Below, in pieces: positions 29,003 through 38,689 of a stretch of DNA of 64,000 bases. Source of the stretch: Candidatus Hydrogenedentota bacterium (GTDB lineage Bacteria > Hydrogenedentota > Hydrogenedentia > Hydrogenedentales > SLHB01); contig CAXXTH010000008.1 of NCBI GenBank assembly GCA_963668025.2, positions 76,229 to 140,228 of the forward strand, in the 5' to 3' direction. Both the position numbers and the translations under genes were made by a program. Positions within the stretch are counted from its first letter, which is position 1. Each line of letters opens with the position of its first letter. The notes below the pieces were generated by a model, which saw only the letters and a list, made by a program, of their open reading frames with translations, did not search any database and was not told where the DNA came from.

Positions 29003-30096
29003 TATCTCTGCATATCGATGAGCAGTCAGGCTGGCGCGGCGGCGAGCAACAAGCCAGCTATCTCGTCCATGGCCTCGCCGCTCGCGGGCATACCGTCCTT
29101 ATCGCTGGCAGGCCCGGCAGCCCCTTTATGACACATCAACATGAAGCGCCCGGCCTTATCCGGATCAAAGCCCCATTTTTAGGCGAGTTCGATGCGTATA
29201 CCATATGGAAGCTCGCCCGCGCCATTCGCCGTTATAATGTCGATATCATCCACGGCCATACAGGACATGCCCATTTTTACGCCAGCATGGCAAGATTGTT
29301 GGCGCGCAAAGGCTTGGTGATCGCATCGCGCCGGGTGGATTTTGTTCCATCGCAAAACTATATCACGCGCTGGAAATATGCCCAGCCAGACCATTTCATC
29401 GCAGTCTCAGACTGTGTCGCCCAGGTTCTGTTAGCGTATGGAATCGAGCCTTCCCGGGTCACGGTGGTGCATAGCGCACAAGATGCCGTACGGCTCGACA
29501 CGCCGCCTGTTAGCCGGGAATCCATAGGCGTTCCAGAACATGCGCCCCTCCTGGTATGTGTGGCCGCTCTCGTGGGGCACAAAGACCATAAAACACTGAT
29601 ATCCGCTATGCCTGTGTTGTTGCGGGCTTTTCCTGATGCACACCTGGCGCTGGTTGGCGAGGGTGGTTTGCGTCCGGAGATTGAAGCGCAAATCGCCGCA
29701 CTAGGCCTGGCTTCCCACGTGACATTGCTGGGCTATCGCGAGGATGTTATTTCTATCATGCGTGCGGCGGATGTTTTCGTGTTGCCCAGCAAAATGGAAG
29801 GGCTGGGCAGCGCCATCATTGAAGCCATGATGTGCCGGATTCCCGTGGTGGCTTGCGCTTCCGGCGGGATCCCCGAAACCGTCATGCATGAAACCACCGG
29901 GCTGCTCGCTCCACCGGAACAGCCCCAGGCATTGGCCGAAACCTTAATCCGCCTGCTCACCGACCACGCCTTGGCCGGACAGCTTGTCTGCCAGGCCTAT
30001 GATTTTGTCACTCAGCAGCGTAGCGCTGACGCCATGGTAGAGAACACCCTGCGGGTGTATGAGCGCCTGCTGGGCGTTTCCATGCCTTCTCAATAA
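28999..30096 (+). CDS. GT4-family glycosyltransferase
   Basis: The GTG start overlaps the upstream stop (GTGA). Contains GGEQQASYLV and EGLGSAIIEAMMCRIPVVACASGGIPETVMHETTGLL. Confidence 0.8.
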   Translation: MISLHIDEQSGWRGGEQQASYLVHGLAARGHTVLIAGRPGSPFMTHQHEAPGLIRIKAPFLGEFDAYTIWKLARAIRRYNVDIIHGHTGHAHFYASMARLLARKGLVIASRRVDFVPSQNYITRWKYAQPDHFIAVSDCVAQVLLAYGIEPSRVTVVHSAQDAVRLDTPPVSRESIGVPEHAPLLVCVAALVGHKDHKTLISAMPVLLRAFPDAHLALVGEGGLRPEIEAQIAALGLASHVTLLGYREDVISIMRAADVFVLPSKMEGLGSAIIEAMMCRIPVVACASGGIPETVMHETTGLLAPPEQPQALAETLIRLLTDHALAGQLVCQAYDFVTQQRSADAMVENTLRVYERLLGVSMPSQ

Positions 30097-30138
30097 ACAA
30101 GGTGTGGAACCCGCGCCCTCGCCGGCCATCCGTTGCCC

Positions 30139-33100
30139 CTACCAATAAATGTACTTCAAGAAGGTCGAGCGGCTGGCGGCGTCTAACGCCTCGAGATCCT
30201 CGATCTCATACCGGTTGTTATCCACATCGACGATAATATGCCCATTTACGGGGCCTTCAATGACCGAGTTCGTTTCAAAGCGGCGCGTCAGGAACTCCAT
30301 TACCCCCTTGTCCGTCTCGACATTCCAGATAAGGAATCCCATCTCTTCCTTGATATCGTCGATTTTCTTGATATAGTGGATAAAGTAGCGCTTGCTCAGT
30401 TCATGCTCGACCGCCATACGCGAACTAGGCAGCAGCTCCTTCAACCGGCGGATCATCCCCACTTCCTTATGCTCGAGGGCGGAGTCACCCGTCCATAGAG
30501 CGACAAACTCGCTCGGCCGTGTGATGGGGAAGCACCGGTATGCGCGCACATTTTCATAGACATCTTTATGGTATTCGACGCGCATGCCGCCTTCATCCTT
30601 CGAATAAATGCGCATCTCTTTCGGATCAAAATAGCGGATTTTCGGCGCCTCGAGCCGGCGGCGCTGATCACGTTTAGTCTTTACGCCTCTCCGTTCCTTT
30701 TCTACCCGGTTGATCTCCTGGATGGCTTGTAATCCATCGACGGATTCCACATCACTCGTAAGCTGGGTCTGAATCTCCACCAGCCGTTTATAAATGCCAT
30801 CTTGCAGAAGCAATTCCTCGTGGGTGCCCTGTTCTCGAATCGTTCCCTCCTCGAAAACGATGTTGCGGTCGCAGTTGCGCAAGGTCGACAACCGGTGGGC
30901 AATGGCCACCGTCGTGCGGCCCACGCTCAGCGCCTCGAGGGCGTTCTGAATCTCACGTTCCGAGATGGTGTCCACGCTCGAGGTGGCCTCATCGAGAATC
31001 AACACTCGAGGATTGTTCAACAATGCCCGCGCGATGGCCACCCGCTGGCGTTCGCCGCCCGACAAGCCTGAACCGCGTTCGCCCAGCATCGAATCATATC
31101 CATCATGGTTGCGCGTGATGAACATGTGGGCGTTGGCCGCCAATGCTGCGTTCAATATCTGTTGCATCGCCACGCCCGGATTGCCGTATGCGATGTTTTC
31201 CGCTATGGTGCCCCGGAACAGGAAAGGATCCTGGGCCACCATGCCGATCTGCCGGCGCAGGCAATGCTTGCGGATCTTACGCACATCAATGTTATCGACG
31301 CTCACCTCGCCTTCGGTGGCTTCATAATAACGCATGATGAGATTAATAGTGGTGGATTTGCCACAGCCGCTATGGCCCACGATGCCCACCATCTCGCCCG
31401 GTTCTACACTAAAACTCACGTCGTGCAGCACCGGTATGTGGGGATCATATCCAAACGAGACATTCTTAAAGCGGATGCCCCCCTGGATTTCAATATCCAC
31501 CGCCTTGTCATCTTCAGTGACTTCCGGCTCTTCATCCATCACTTCAAACACACGGTGCGCCTGCGTGATGAACTGGGTGAACCACGTGGACATCTGCGTC
31601 AGCGAGTTGATGGGGCCGTAAAACCATCCTAAATACCCCAAAAACATGATCAGCGTGCCGGTGGTCAGGCCTCCCACTTGTTGGGTGAGCCAGTTTCCAA
31701 AGCGCGCATACCAGGGGCCAGAGCTTTGCGGCGCTTGCAGGCTGGCCTCTTCTCCGATAGGGGCAGGCGTGTCCTTTCCTGTAGCGGCTTTGGCTGCCGT
31801 GGCATCCAGGGCTTTTCCATCGACTGTCTGCTGGACGCTTACGCCCGGCGCAACGCTGGTGTTATCTATTGGAGCCGAGTTAAAAGACATGGCCAGCACC
31901 GCCAGCCCGCCCAGCACCCAAATGAAATAACTGCCCAATTGGAATACCCAGCCCATGGTCGGGTAAAACCACGCGTTGGCGTATCCTACATCCAGTCCCG
32001 CATTGCGGAACCGGCCGCTATACCCATCAAAGCGCTGTAATTCACGCGATTCCTGCGCGAACGCCTTCACCACCCGGACCCCGTTCAGCGCCCCATGCAG
32101 CATGTTGGATAGGCTCGACCGGGTCGTCCAGTACCGCCGCCATCTCGGGACGATATAGCGGTAGTAAAACACCGTGCATCCCGAAACAAAGGGCACTGGC
32201 AGTACGGCGATCAAGGTGAGCAACGGATTGATCATGAGCATATAGACCGTCACCACCACCAGCATGATCAACTGATACCCGAAGCCCGCCGTAAGCTGGT
32301 TGATGAATCCCTGAAGCGCCTCGATGTCTTGCGTGCACCGGGTCATGAGCGTGCCCACCGGATGGGTGTCATGATATCGCACCGCCAAATCCTGCATCTT
32401 CGAGAAGACTTCCCGCCGTAGCTCGAAGCCCAAGCGGTTATTGATATACACCGCCATATGCTCGCGCAGCCAGGCAATCACCGCACCAATGGCCGTGGTG
32501 GCGGCCAATATGCCCACTACCAATAGCAGCCACCAGTCTTTATGATAATTCCCATCGGACCGCAAGGTGTCGAAACCAAGATGAGACACCATCATGCGGA
32601 ACCAGCCGTCAGGGGCGATATTACCCAACACATTATCCAGCAACACTTTCGTGAGCTGTTGGGGAACCAGCGTGATCAGGATATGTAACACCACCAAGAC
32701 CATGGCCAGCACGGTAAAAAACCAATATTGTTTCGTGTGCTTGAGGAAGCGTAAAAGCACCGTGCCGCGTTTCAGGCATTTCGGGCATACGCGCATATAC
32801 CGGTCCGGCAGGCGCACCCCGCAGATCTCGCACCGGTCGCTCGGACGCTTCTCCTCCGTCTCGCTCATCACCTGGCGGCCTTCGGCAAGCTGCTTCAGGC
32901 GGATCGCCACCTTCGCGAATTTATCGGCGTTCTTGTTCGAGAAACGTATCAATTCCTCGAAGACGCCTTGCATCTTGATTTCGATGAAGCCCGAACCCAC
33001 CCGCGTATCCGTGCGGGCCGTCTCAATATCCGAAAACGGGATATCTTTCAGCAGCAGCGCTTCATTATCTTCCTCGTCCATGAAGAATACTAAGACCCGC

Positions 33101-33267
33101 TCCGTCGTGGCGATGATCCACGACTCGGCGTATTCTCCAGAGATCTCGAGGTCCGTGTCCGTCGCGACCAATAAATTATCGCTAGACACGCCGCGCTCTT
33201 CGAGGGCTGCTTGGACCAACGGGGGCAGGGGGCGTTTGATTTGTGAGTTATCGTCTGGCTCTAACAT
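30139..33267 (-). CDS. multi-domain ABC exporter: N-terminal PH/GRAM-like module, CxxC..CxxC zinc ribbon, type-I exporter TMD with a large loop insert, NBD, and a C-terminal DUF1854-like domain
   Basis: Contains CEICGVRLPDRYMRVCPKC, 6-TM exporter-like helices, Walker A GHSGCGKST, signature LSGGERQR and Walker B LILDEATS. The ~170-aa tail (RCFPITRP..FIHYIKKI..FLIWNVETD..YEIEDLEALD) resembles DUF1854. Confidence 0.8.
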   Translation of the reverse strand: MLEPDDNSQIKRPLPPLVQAALEERGVSSDNLLVATDTDLEISGEYAESWIIATTERVLVFFMDEEDNEALLLKDIPFSDIETARTDTRVGSGFIEIKMQGVFEELIRFSNKNADKFAKVAIRLKQLAEGRQVMSETEEKRPSDRCEICGVRLPDRYMRVCPKCLKRGTVLLRFLKHTKQYWFFTVLAMVLVVLHILITLVPQQLTKVLLDNVLGNIAPDGWFRMMVSHLGFDTLRSDGNYHKDWWLLLVVGILAATTAIGAVIAWLREHMAVYINNRLGFELRREVFSKMQDLAVRYHDTHPVGTLMTRCTQDIEALQGFINQLTAGFGYQLIMLVVVTVYMLMINPLLTLIAVLPVPFVSGCTVFYYRYIVPRWRRYWTTRSSLSNMLHGALNGVRVVKAFAQESRELQRFDGYSGRFRNAGLDVGYANAWFYPTMGWVFQLGSYFIWVLGGLAVLAMSFNSAPIDNTSVAPGVSVQQTVDGKALDATAAKAATGKDTPAPIGEEASLQAPQSSGPWYARFGNWLTQQVGGLTTGTLIMFLGYLGWFYGPINSLTQMSTWFTQFITQAHRVFEVMDEEPEVTEDDKAVDIEIQGGIRFKNVSFGYDPHIPVLHDVSFSVEPGEMVGIVGHSGCGKSTTINLIMRYYEATEGEVSVDNIDVRKIRKHCLRRQIGMVAQDPFLFRGTIAENIAYGNPGVAMQQILNAALAANAHMFITRNHDGYDSMLGERGSGLSGGERQRVAIARALLNNPRVLILDEATSSVDTISEREIQNALEALSVGRTTVAIAHRLSTLRNCDRNIVFEEGTIREQGTHEELLLQDGIYKRLVEIQTQLTSDVESVDGLQAIQEINRVEKERRGVKTKRDQRRRLEAPKIRYFDPKEMRIYSKDEGGMRVEYHKDVYENVRAYRCFPITRPSEFVALWTGDSALEHKEVGMIRRLKELLPSSRMAVEHELSKRYFIHYIKKIDDIKEEMGFLIWNVETDKGVMEFLTRRFETNSVIEGPVNGHIIVDVDNNRYEIEDLEALDAASRSTFLKYIYW

Positions 33268-33593
33268 TAGTACTGTTCTCGGCTATCGAAGCCCGAGTCA
33301 ATCCTCATTCAGTACCTTCGTCATATTTTTGAAATAAAAGTTTGTGAACTCCGCGAATGCTACTCCCGACAAACTGGAAAGTCAAGACAAAATCACTAAA
33401 AAATACGGTTTTTTTCCATCCAGACAGAAAAAAATGCCGATACGCCATCCTCTACCTATAACTTTTATGCACACCTTGCTTCCCTTTTCACAAATCGCCT
33501 CGCGTATTGCTCTGTGCGGCAGGGCAAGCCCTCCCCTACATATTTTCGTGTATTTCATGTATTTCGTGGTCTCCATTTATTTACTGGCATCCC

Positions 33594-33641
33594 GTAGCAT
33601 GGGCGTCCCGCCCATGCACATGGCCGGGACGGCCATGCTAC
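33594..33641. repeat. 48-nt near-perfect palindrome (REP-like; each arm is itself a small hairpin)
   Basis: gtagcatgggcgtcccgcccatg ca catggccgggacggccatgctac. Arms are 21/23 complementary. Confidence 0.8.
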
Positions 33642-33687
33642 AGCAAGTGATTATCATTTTATAGGCGACTTGGGCGTATATGGCCTC

Positions 33688-33724
33688 TTGACTTTTCACC
33701 TAAATTGTATCATAATATCGATAC
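33688..33724 (+). promoter_or_regulatory. possible promoter (TTGACT - 17 nt - CATAAT) overlapping a short inverted repeat GTATC-N8-GATAC. This is a candidate operator for the GntR regulator.
   Basis: Hexamers, spacing and inverted repeat were read directly. The site lies ~35 nt upstream of the GntR start. Confidence 0.3.
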
Positions 33725-33749
33725 GGTGATACCGACGGAGGACTTATAC

Positions 33750-34157
33750 ATGCTCCACCTCAATTTCAACCAGGGCGACGGCGTTCCTCTCTATCTTCAA
33801 CTCGTCCGCCAAATCAAACACCTCATCGCTACCGGACGCCTCGACCCAGATACGGAACTGCCTCCTGTCCGCCAGCTCGCCCAGCAGCTCGTCATCAATC
33901 CCAATACGGTCGTCCGCGCCTACCGCGAACTCGAAACCGCTGGACTCATCTACAAACGCCGGGGCGCGGGCACATACGTTTCAGACCGGGGGAGCCCATA
34001 CGCCGACGTGGAGCGGAGGCGCTTGCTGGCCGAACGGGCCGATGCACTCCTCGTCGAAGGACGCAATCTGGGATTTGACCTTGAAGAAGTTTTCGAACTC
34101 TTGCGGGAACGTGATCAACAGCTTATCCGGGAACAATCGGAAGAGAAGGGAGTCTGA
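33750..34157 (+). CDS. GntR-family transcriptional regulator, YtrA-like short subfamily
   Basis: GGAGG RBS. Contains PLYLQLVRQIKHLIATGRL..LPPVRQLAQQLVINPNTVVRAYRELE..GLIYKRRGAGTYV. It is ~135 aa with only a short C-terminal helix. Confidence 0.85.
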   Translation: MLHLNFNQGDGVPLYLQLVRQIKHLIATGRLDPDTELPPVRQLAQQLVINPNTVVRAYRELETAGLIYKRRGAGTYVSDRGSPYADVERRRLLAERADALLVEGRNLGFDLEEVFELLRERDQQLIREQSEEKGV

Positions 34158-34160
34158 AGA

Positions 34161-35072
34161 ATGGCATCGATGGAAACTGTAATACAAGTCGAGAATGTGT
34201 CGCGTTGGTTCGGACACAAACAGGCCCTGGACAATGTGAGCCTGTCAGTCCAAAAAGGCCGGGTCTTCGGCCTCGTAGGCGAAAACGGCGCGGGAAAGAC
34301 CACCCTCATCAAACACCTATTGGGTTCCCTCGTGCCCAAGACCGGCGGCGTCCACGTCTTCGGCGTCGATCCCGCGTATGACCCGCCCGCCGTCCTGTCG
34401 CGCATCGGCTATCTGTCCGAAGACCGCGACTTGCCCGGCTGGATGCGCGTGGGCGAGCTGATGCGCTACACCCAGGCCTTCTTCCCCGATTGGGACCAAG
34501 ACTACGCCGAACAATGGCGGCAGCGCCTCGAATTGCCCATCGACGCCAAATTACGCACCCTCTCTCGGGGCGAAAAGGCCAAGGCCGGACTCCTTGCGGC
34601 CTTGGCCCATCGCCCTGAATTACTGCTCCTGGATGAGCCCTCCTCGGGGCTCGACCCTGTGGCCCGGCGCGCGATACTCGAGGCCGTGGTCCGCTCCGTG
34701 GCCGAAGAAGGCCGCACCGTCTTCTTCTCGTCCCACCTCCTCGACGAGATCGAGCGCGTGGCCGACGACGTAGTCATGCTCCACCACGGGCGGGCGATAC
34801 TCGATATGACCATGGAAGAACTTAAATCCAGCCACCACCGCTTCATCATCCGCTTCGAGGACGCCCAAGCGGAATTCCCCCTCGTCCCCGGCGTATTGCA
34901 CGCCGAAGGCGAAAGCCGCGAATGGGCCGTGGTATGCCAGGGCGAGAAAGAAATTCTCGAACAAGCCTTCCGCAACGCAGCCGGACAGATCACCGAATAC
35001 AGCGAGCCATCGCTCGACACCATATTCGTGGCGCATATCCAAAACAACAAATCGCCTTTGCTCAAGCCATAA
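34161..35072 (+). CDS. ABC transporter ATP-binding protein (ABC-2/YtrB-like)
   Basis: Walker A GENGAGKTT, signature LSRGEKAK, Walker B LLLLDEPSSGLD. It starts 3 nt after the GntR stop. Confidence 0.9.
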   Translation: MASMETVIQVENVSRWFGHKQALDNVSLSVQKGRVFGLVGENGAGKTTLIKHLLGSLVPKTGGVHVFGVDPAYDPPAVLSRIGYLSEDRDLPGWMRVGELMRYTQAFFPDWDQDYAEQWRQRLELPIDAKLRTLSRGEKAKAGLLAALAHRPELLLLDEPSSGLDPVARRAILEAVVRSVAEEGRTVFFSSHLLDEIERVADDVVMLHHGRAILDMTMEELKSSHHRFIIRFEDAQAEFPLVPGVLHAEGESREWAVVCQGEKEILEQAFRNAAGQITEYSEPSLDTIFVAHIQNNKSPLLKP

Positions 35073-35100
35073 CAAATGAAAGTTTCTAAGAAGAGGGTCT

Positions 35101-35164
35101 GGGAGAACCCCTCTTAATAAAGAGGGTTTCTCCCAGTGAAGCAGTACAACGGGAGGTTTTCCCC
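35101..35164 (+). promoter_or_regulatory. conserved 5' leader, copy 1: 34-nt hairpin plus an invariant SD-containing segment
   Basis: gggagaacccctcttaataaagagggtttctccc followed by agtgaagcagtacaacgggaggttttcccc ATG. Confidence 0.6.
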
Positions 35165-38100
35165 ATGAACACCAAAGTCCGTGCGCTGATTTGGGAAGAA
35201 TGCCGCGTCTCCGGCGTGCTGGCGATATATAACCTGGCTTTGGGCGCGTTGCTACTAGCGCTCTCCTGGCTGGGCGATTATGGATATGAATGGAATTTCT
35301 ACAGGGGATTCGCGTCGTGTATCGTGCTAGGCATTCCCCTCCTGAGCGTTATGCTCTTCACCCTGGGCGTGAACAACTCCGGCCATCTCACGGCGGGCTT
35401 TCCCCGTCGCATCCTCAATCTTCCCGTGCGGACCAGCGCCGCCGTTTCGATCACACTGACCATGCGTACGCTCTTCTTGCTCCTGCTTGGATTCGGATTG
35501 CTGGGCGTCTGCGCCTTGCGTTTCGGCAGGGCTCCCTGGAGCGCCGCTATTCTGTTCATTGTGTCGCTGTATATATGCGTCCAGATGCTCGACTGGGTGC
35601 GCCAGCCTATATCTGGAATGGCGAGTCTGCTCATTCTGTTCCTGCTGGCCCTGCTCGTTCTAATGCTGGGCAATATGATGGATGTAATACGTTCCTTTAA
35701 ACAAACGGGCTTCTTTTCGGAACTTGATATATCAACTTACTGGGCCTCTGTGCGTCTATGCGTGTTATATGCCGCAGGGCTTGTCATCTCCATTGTTGCT
35801 GTGCGCGCCACCCGGCGCGGCAAGCGCGTCGGCCCGCCCGAACTATGGGAACTGCCCGCTCTATGGTCACAGCACCGCCATGCCCGGCAAGAACCGTTCT
35901 CTTCACCAATGGACGCCGCGGTATGGTTCGAGCGCAAACGCTCGCCACTCGTCATGCCCGGGCTTACGCTGTTGATTTTCTCCATGCTATTTACAGCCAT
36001 ATGGCTCGGTACGGACAGAGTGAAGGACACGAGTGCCAATCCAGACTGGACTATCTACAGCAGCCTGGATTGCGTCCTTCTTGGCTCTTTTCTATTAGCG
36101 GCTATGGGATACGGTTTATATCGTGGAGCTTTCAGGCGGAAGCACATTTCCACACCTCGCATGCTCCCGTACCTCTATCCCGCCACGGCAGCAGAGATAA
36201 CCAGCGCGCGCATCCGGGCAGGCGCGCTCCAGGCTGGCATGGCTCTGCTTCTGATCGGATTGCTTTATCAAGGCAGCTTTCTACTGCGTTATGATGGGTT
36301 AGCGTCGAGCGTGTTCTCAGCCGCCCTACGGGAAGGCTATGTCTCTTGGCGCGAAGTGCTCTGGTCTTTCTTATCGCCCCTTTTCCTCACGGGCCTGGTG
36401 GCTTGGGCGTTTCTGTCGCCCAACTGGCTCTTCTGGATTGCCTATATCTTCTTGCCCATAGGAGCCTCCATTTTAGTGGTTATTTGCGGATTCGAGGATG
36501 TAGATGGCGTCATGAATGCAGCCAATTGCCTGGTGATCATTAGCGCCATCACACTTGCTGCGATTCTGGCATGGCGCAAAGGCCTGATGCAAGGCCGCAC
36601 GCTCGCGGAAGTTTTCGGCGTTTGGCTGCTGCTGGCTTGGCTGCTCTATCCCATGGATGTGATGGCGTCAATTGATTCTAAAGCTATATCAGCATATAAC
36701 ATGCTACAGTTGTTGTTATCAAGCCTGGCGTGGGCCAGCCTCGGGCCCATGCCGTTTATCGGCACCCTCATCTTCTCGAATGCCATGCGGCACAGTGGAC
36801 TCAATTGCCGCCAAGATCCCCGGCAGCACACGCGCCGCCCTTCAGGCCACCGCGTCCGGAACGCCTTGGCGATAGCAGCAGTGATTGCGTTAAGCCTGTG
36901 GTTCAAATGGCCCGTGGAACCCGCCTGGCGCACCTATCTGCATGAAAAAGGTTTCACTACATCCACTCATGAACTCCATGCGCGCCGCGAACCAGTGCCC
37001 GATGATGAAAACTTAGCGCTACGCTACAAAGCCGCAGGAGAAAAATTCGATGCCTGCACAGCAGAATTGGAAGCACGGCTAGATGCGGATCAGACCCACT
37101 ATACAGATTCCTACGGCCAGTCAATCAGCGCGTTTGATCACTTCATGGAACAATTGCCCATCGTTGGTAAAGGGCTTCAGAGTCTCTCAAACCTTCCGAT
37201 ATCGCCGGAGCAAGTGCCAATCACCCGGATCTATTGGGATGCCGTGGGCAAAGAAGTAGCTCCCATGTTGCACGCGGCGGCGGCATCCGGTTTGACGCGC
37301 GGCTATAACCCGGATCCCAGCGAGTATTCGCCATCCGATGACTACATAACCTATCTCAACAAGGCTCGAACACTAGGCCCTCTACTCAACCTGGAAGCGC
37401 TCTGGGCTTGCGTGGAGAACCGCCCGCACGATGCCGTCCAAGCCATTAATGCCATTTACCCGCTTTCATTCGCTCTAAGACAGGATAAACTAATACTGTC
37501 ATATATAAATGCAGACGTTCTAATGCGCATGGGCATCAATGCACTTGAAAGCACACTCCATGGCATTGTCTTGAGTGATTCAGAGCTGGTTTCGCTGGAC
37601 CATTCCCTGCCATCCGCGCAAGCCATGGAACAGGACGACGCACTCCAGCAATTCCTTATAGGCGAATCCATGAAATTCCTCAATCTTTACGCTCACGGCT
37701 GGATTGAAGACGATCTTTTTCAAAATATGACAGACGCCCTTCCCATGCCTTGGAGGCTTGTGAAACCACCACTTTTCGAGGATGCTTTTTTGCTTCATGA
37801 AATTAACAAGAATAGCAACCGGAGTTTCCCGCTGGTTGGCGATAGAAACGAAGAACAAACGGACGAAAACGATTCCACACGCGCCTACATATATAAATGG
37901 ATGCGTGTTTCCGGCTATTTCGGAGTCGAATGGCGCGCCCGAACCTATCTTGACCTTGCCCACATCGGAATAGCAGTCGAGCGCTACCGCCTGGCTACGG
38001 GCCATTTCCCTGAAAAACTGGAGGAACTGGTGCCCACCTATATCAGCACCATTCCTCAAGACCCCTATACCCAAATGGCCGCACCATTGCGGTATCTGCT

Positions 38101-38269
38101 TAAACCAGACGGCTCATGTATCGTCTACAGCGTGTTTGAAGACGGAACAGACGACAACGGCGCTTCTTTTGACAGAGGAACTGAGAAAGGCGATCTGATT
38201 TTCACACTCCTGCCGCCCGAGCAACGCACGACAGTGACGCCTGCAACAAACAATGCGGATGGAGTATGA
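35165..38269 (+). CDS. large polytopic membrane protein, tandem paralog 1 of 4 (1034 aa): two ABC-2-like permease modules plus a ~480-aa C-terminal extracytoplasmic domain ending in a GspG/pseudopilin-like motif
   Basis: MNTKVRALIWEECRVSG and AAVWFERKRSP each precede a block of hydrophobic helices, ~14-15 in total by eye. The C-terminus is GIAVERYRLATGHFPEKLEELVPTYISTIPQDPYTQMAAPLRYLLKPDGSCIVYSVFEDGTDDNGASF. Confidence 0.85.
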   Translation: MNTKVRALIWEECRVSGVLAIYNLALGALLLALSWLGDYGYEWNFYRGFASCIVLGIPLLSVMLFTLGVNNSGHLTAGFPRRILNLPVRTSAAVSITLTMRTLFLLLLGFGLLGVCALRFGRAPWSAAILFIVSLYICVQMLDWVRQPISGMASLLILFLLALLVLMLGNMMDVIRSFKQTGFFSELDISTYWASVRLCVLYAAGLVISIVAVRATRRGKRVGPPELWELPALWSQHRHARQEPFSSPMDAAVWFERKRSPLVMPGLTLLIFSMLFTAIWLGTDRVKDTSANPDWTIYSSLDCVLLGSFLLAAMGYGLYRGAFRRKHISTPRMLPYLYPATAAEITSARIRAGALQAGMALLLIGLLYQGSFLLRYDGLASSVFSAALREGYVSWREVLWSFLSPLFLTGLVAWAFLSPNWLFWIAYIFLPIGASILVVICGFEDVDGVMNAANCLVIISAITLAAILAWRKGLMQGRTLAEVFGVWLLLAWLLYPMDVMASIDSKAISAYNMLQLLLSSLAWASLGPMPFIGTLIFSNAMRHSGLNCRQDPRQHTRRPSGHRVRNALAIAAVIALSLWFKWPVEPAWRTYLHEKGFTTSTHELHARREPVPDDENLALRYKAAGEKFDACTAELEARLDADQTHYTDSYGQSISAFDHFMEQLPIVGKGLQSLSNLPISPEQVPITRIYWDAVGKEVAPMLHAAAASGLTRGYNPDPSEYSPSDDYITYLNKARTLGPLLNLEALWACVENRPHDAVQAINAIYPLSFALRQDKLILSYINADVLMRMGINALESTLHGIVLSDSELVSLDHSLPSAQAMEQDDALQQFLIGESMKFLNLYAHGWIEDDLFQNMTDALPMPWRLVKPPLFEDAFLLHEINKNSNRSFPLVGDRNEEQTDENDSTRAYIYKWMRVSGYFGVEWRARTYLDLAHIGIAVERYRLATGHFPEKLEELVPTYISTIPQDPYTQMAAPLRYLLKPDGSCIVYSVFEDGTDDNGASFDRGTEKGDLIFTLLPPEQRTTVTPATNNADGV

Positions 38270-38377
38270 CCATGCATAATCGATACTTATTGTAAAGGTG
38301 TGTTATTTTATTATTGAAGTGTAAAAATAAATAACTTATACATATATACAGAATAAAAAACACGAAGCCACTAATCT

Positions 38378-38585
38378 GTCATCCCCGCGAAAGCGGGGAT
38401 CCAGGACATTTGCGCTGGATTCCTGCTTTCGCGGGAATGACAACGAGGTAGATTATGGGGTTTTATACAACTGATGTTATTACGCAGTGGAACACGTTCA
38501 CCATGCACGTTGCTTTTTTTAGCGCGCCCAAGAACAGCTCCAATTGAGTTGCATTTATGACTCGTTACGGCGAATGGTGCGTTAG
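38378..38585. repeat. dispersed ~200-nt repeat, copy B (same orientation as copy A)
   Basis: See 5086..5283. The core is gtcatccccgcgaaagcggggatccaggacatttgcgctggattcctgctttcgcgggaatgacaacgaggtag. Confidence 0.85.
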
Positions 38586-38624
38586 CATCCGTATAACTTG
38601 AAAGTGCTTCAACGAAACCAGAGT

Positions 38625-38689
38625 GGGAGAGGCCTTCTTCCAAAAGAAGGTTCTCCCCAGTGGAAGCAGTACAACGGGAGGTTTTCCCC
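38625..38689 (+). promoter_or_regulatory. conserved 5' leader, copy 2
   Basis: gggagaggccttcttccaaaagaaggttctcccc hairpin, then agtggaagcagtacaacgggaggttttcccc ATG. Confidence 0.6.

Noticed and set aside
30139-33267. Calling the 1042-aa ABC exporter ndvA/chvA (cyclic-glucan exporter)
   Set aside because: Only generic type-I exporter features are visible. It is 16 kb from the synthase, has extra domains not found in NdvA/ChvA, and is flanked by unrelated genes. The call is kept as an untested possibility only.
38314-38342. Possible internal promoter TTGAAG-17 nt-TATACA in the AT-rich spacer after paralog 1
   Set aside because: The hexamer matches are weak and such matches are expected by chance in AT-rich sequence. 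It would need TSS data, so it is not listed as a feature.
38660-38689. N-terminal extensions given by the ORF track for paralogs 2-4 (MEAVQREVFP.., MNVNEQNQSGR..)
   Set aside because: Paralog 1 has a 1-nt deletion in this segment (cagtgaagc versus cagtggaagc). That puts it out of frame, yet the nucleotides are otherwise invariant. GGGAGG sits at ideal distance from the shared ATG (MNTKVRAL). The segment is therefore treated as non-coding leader.
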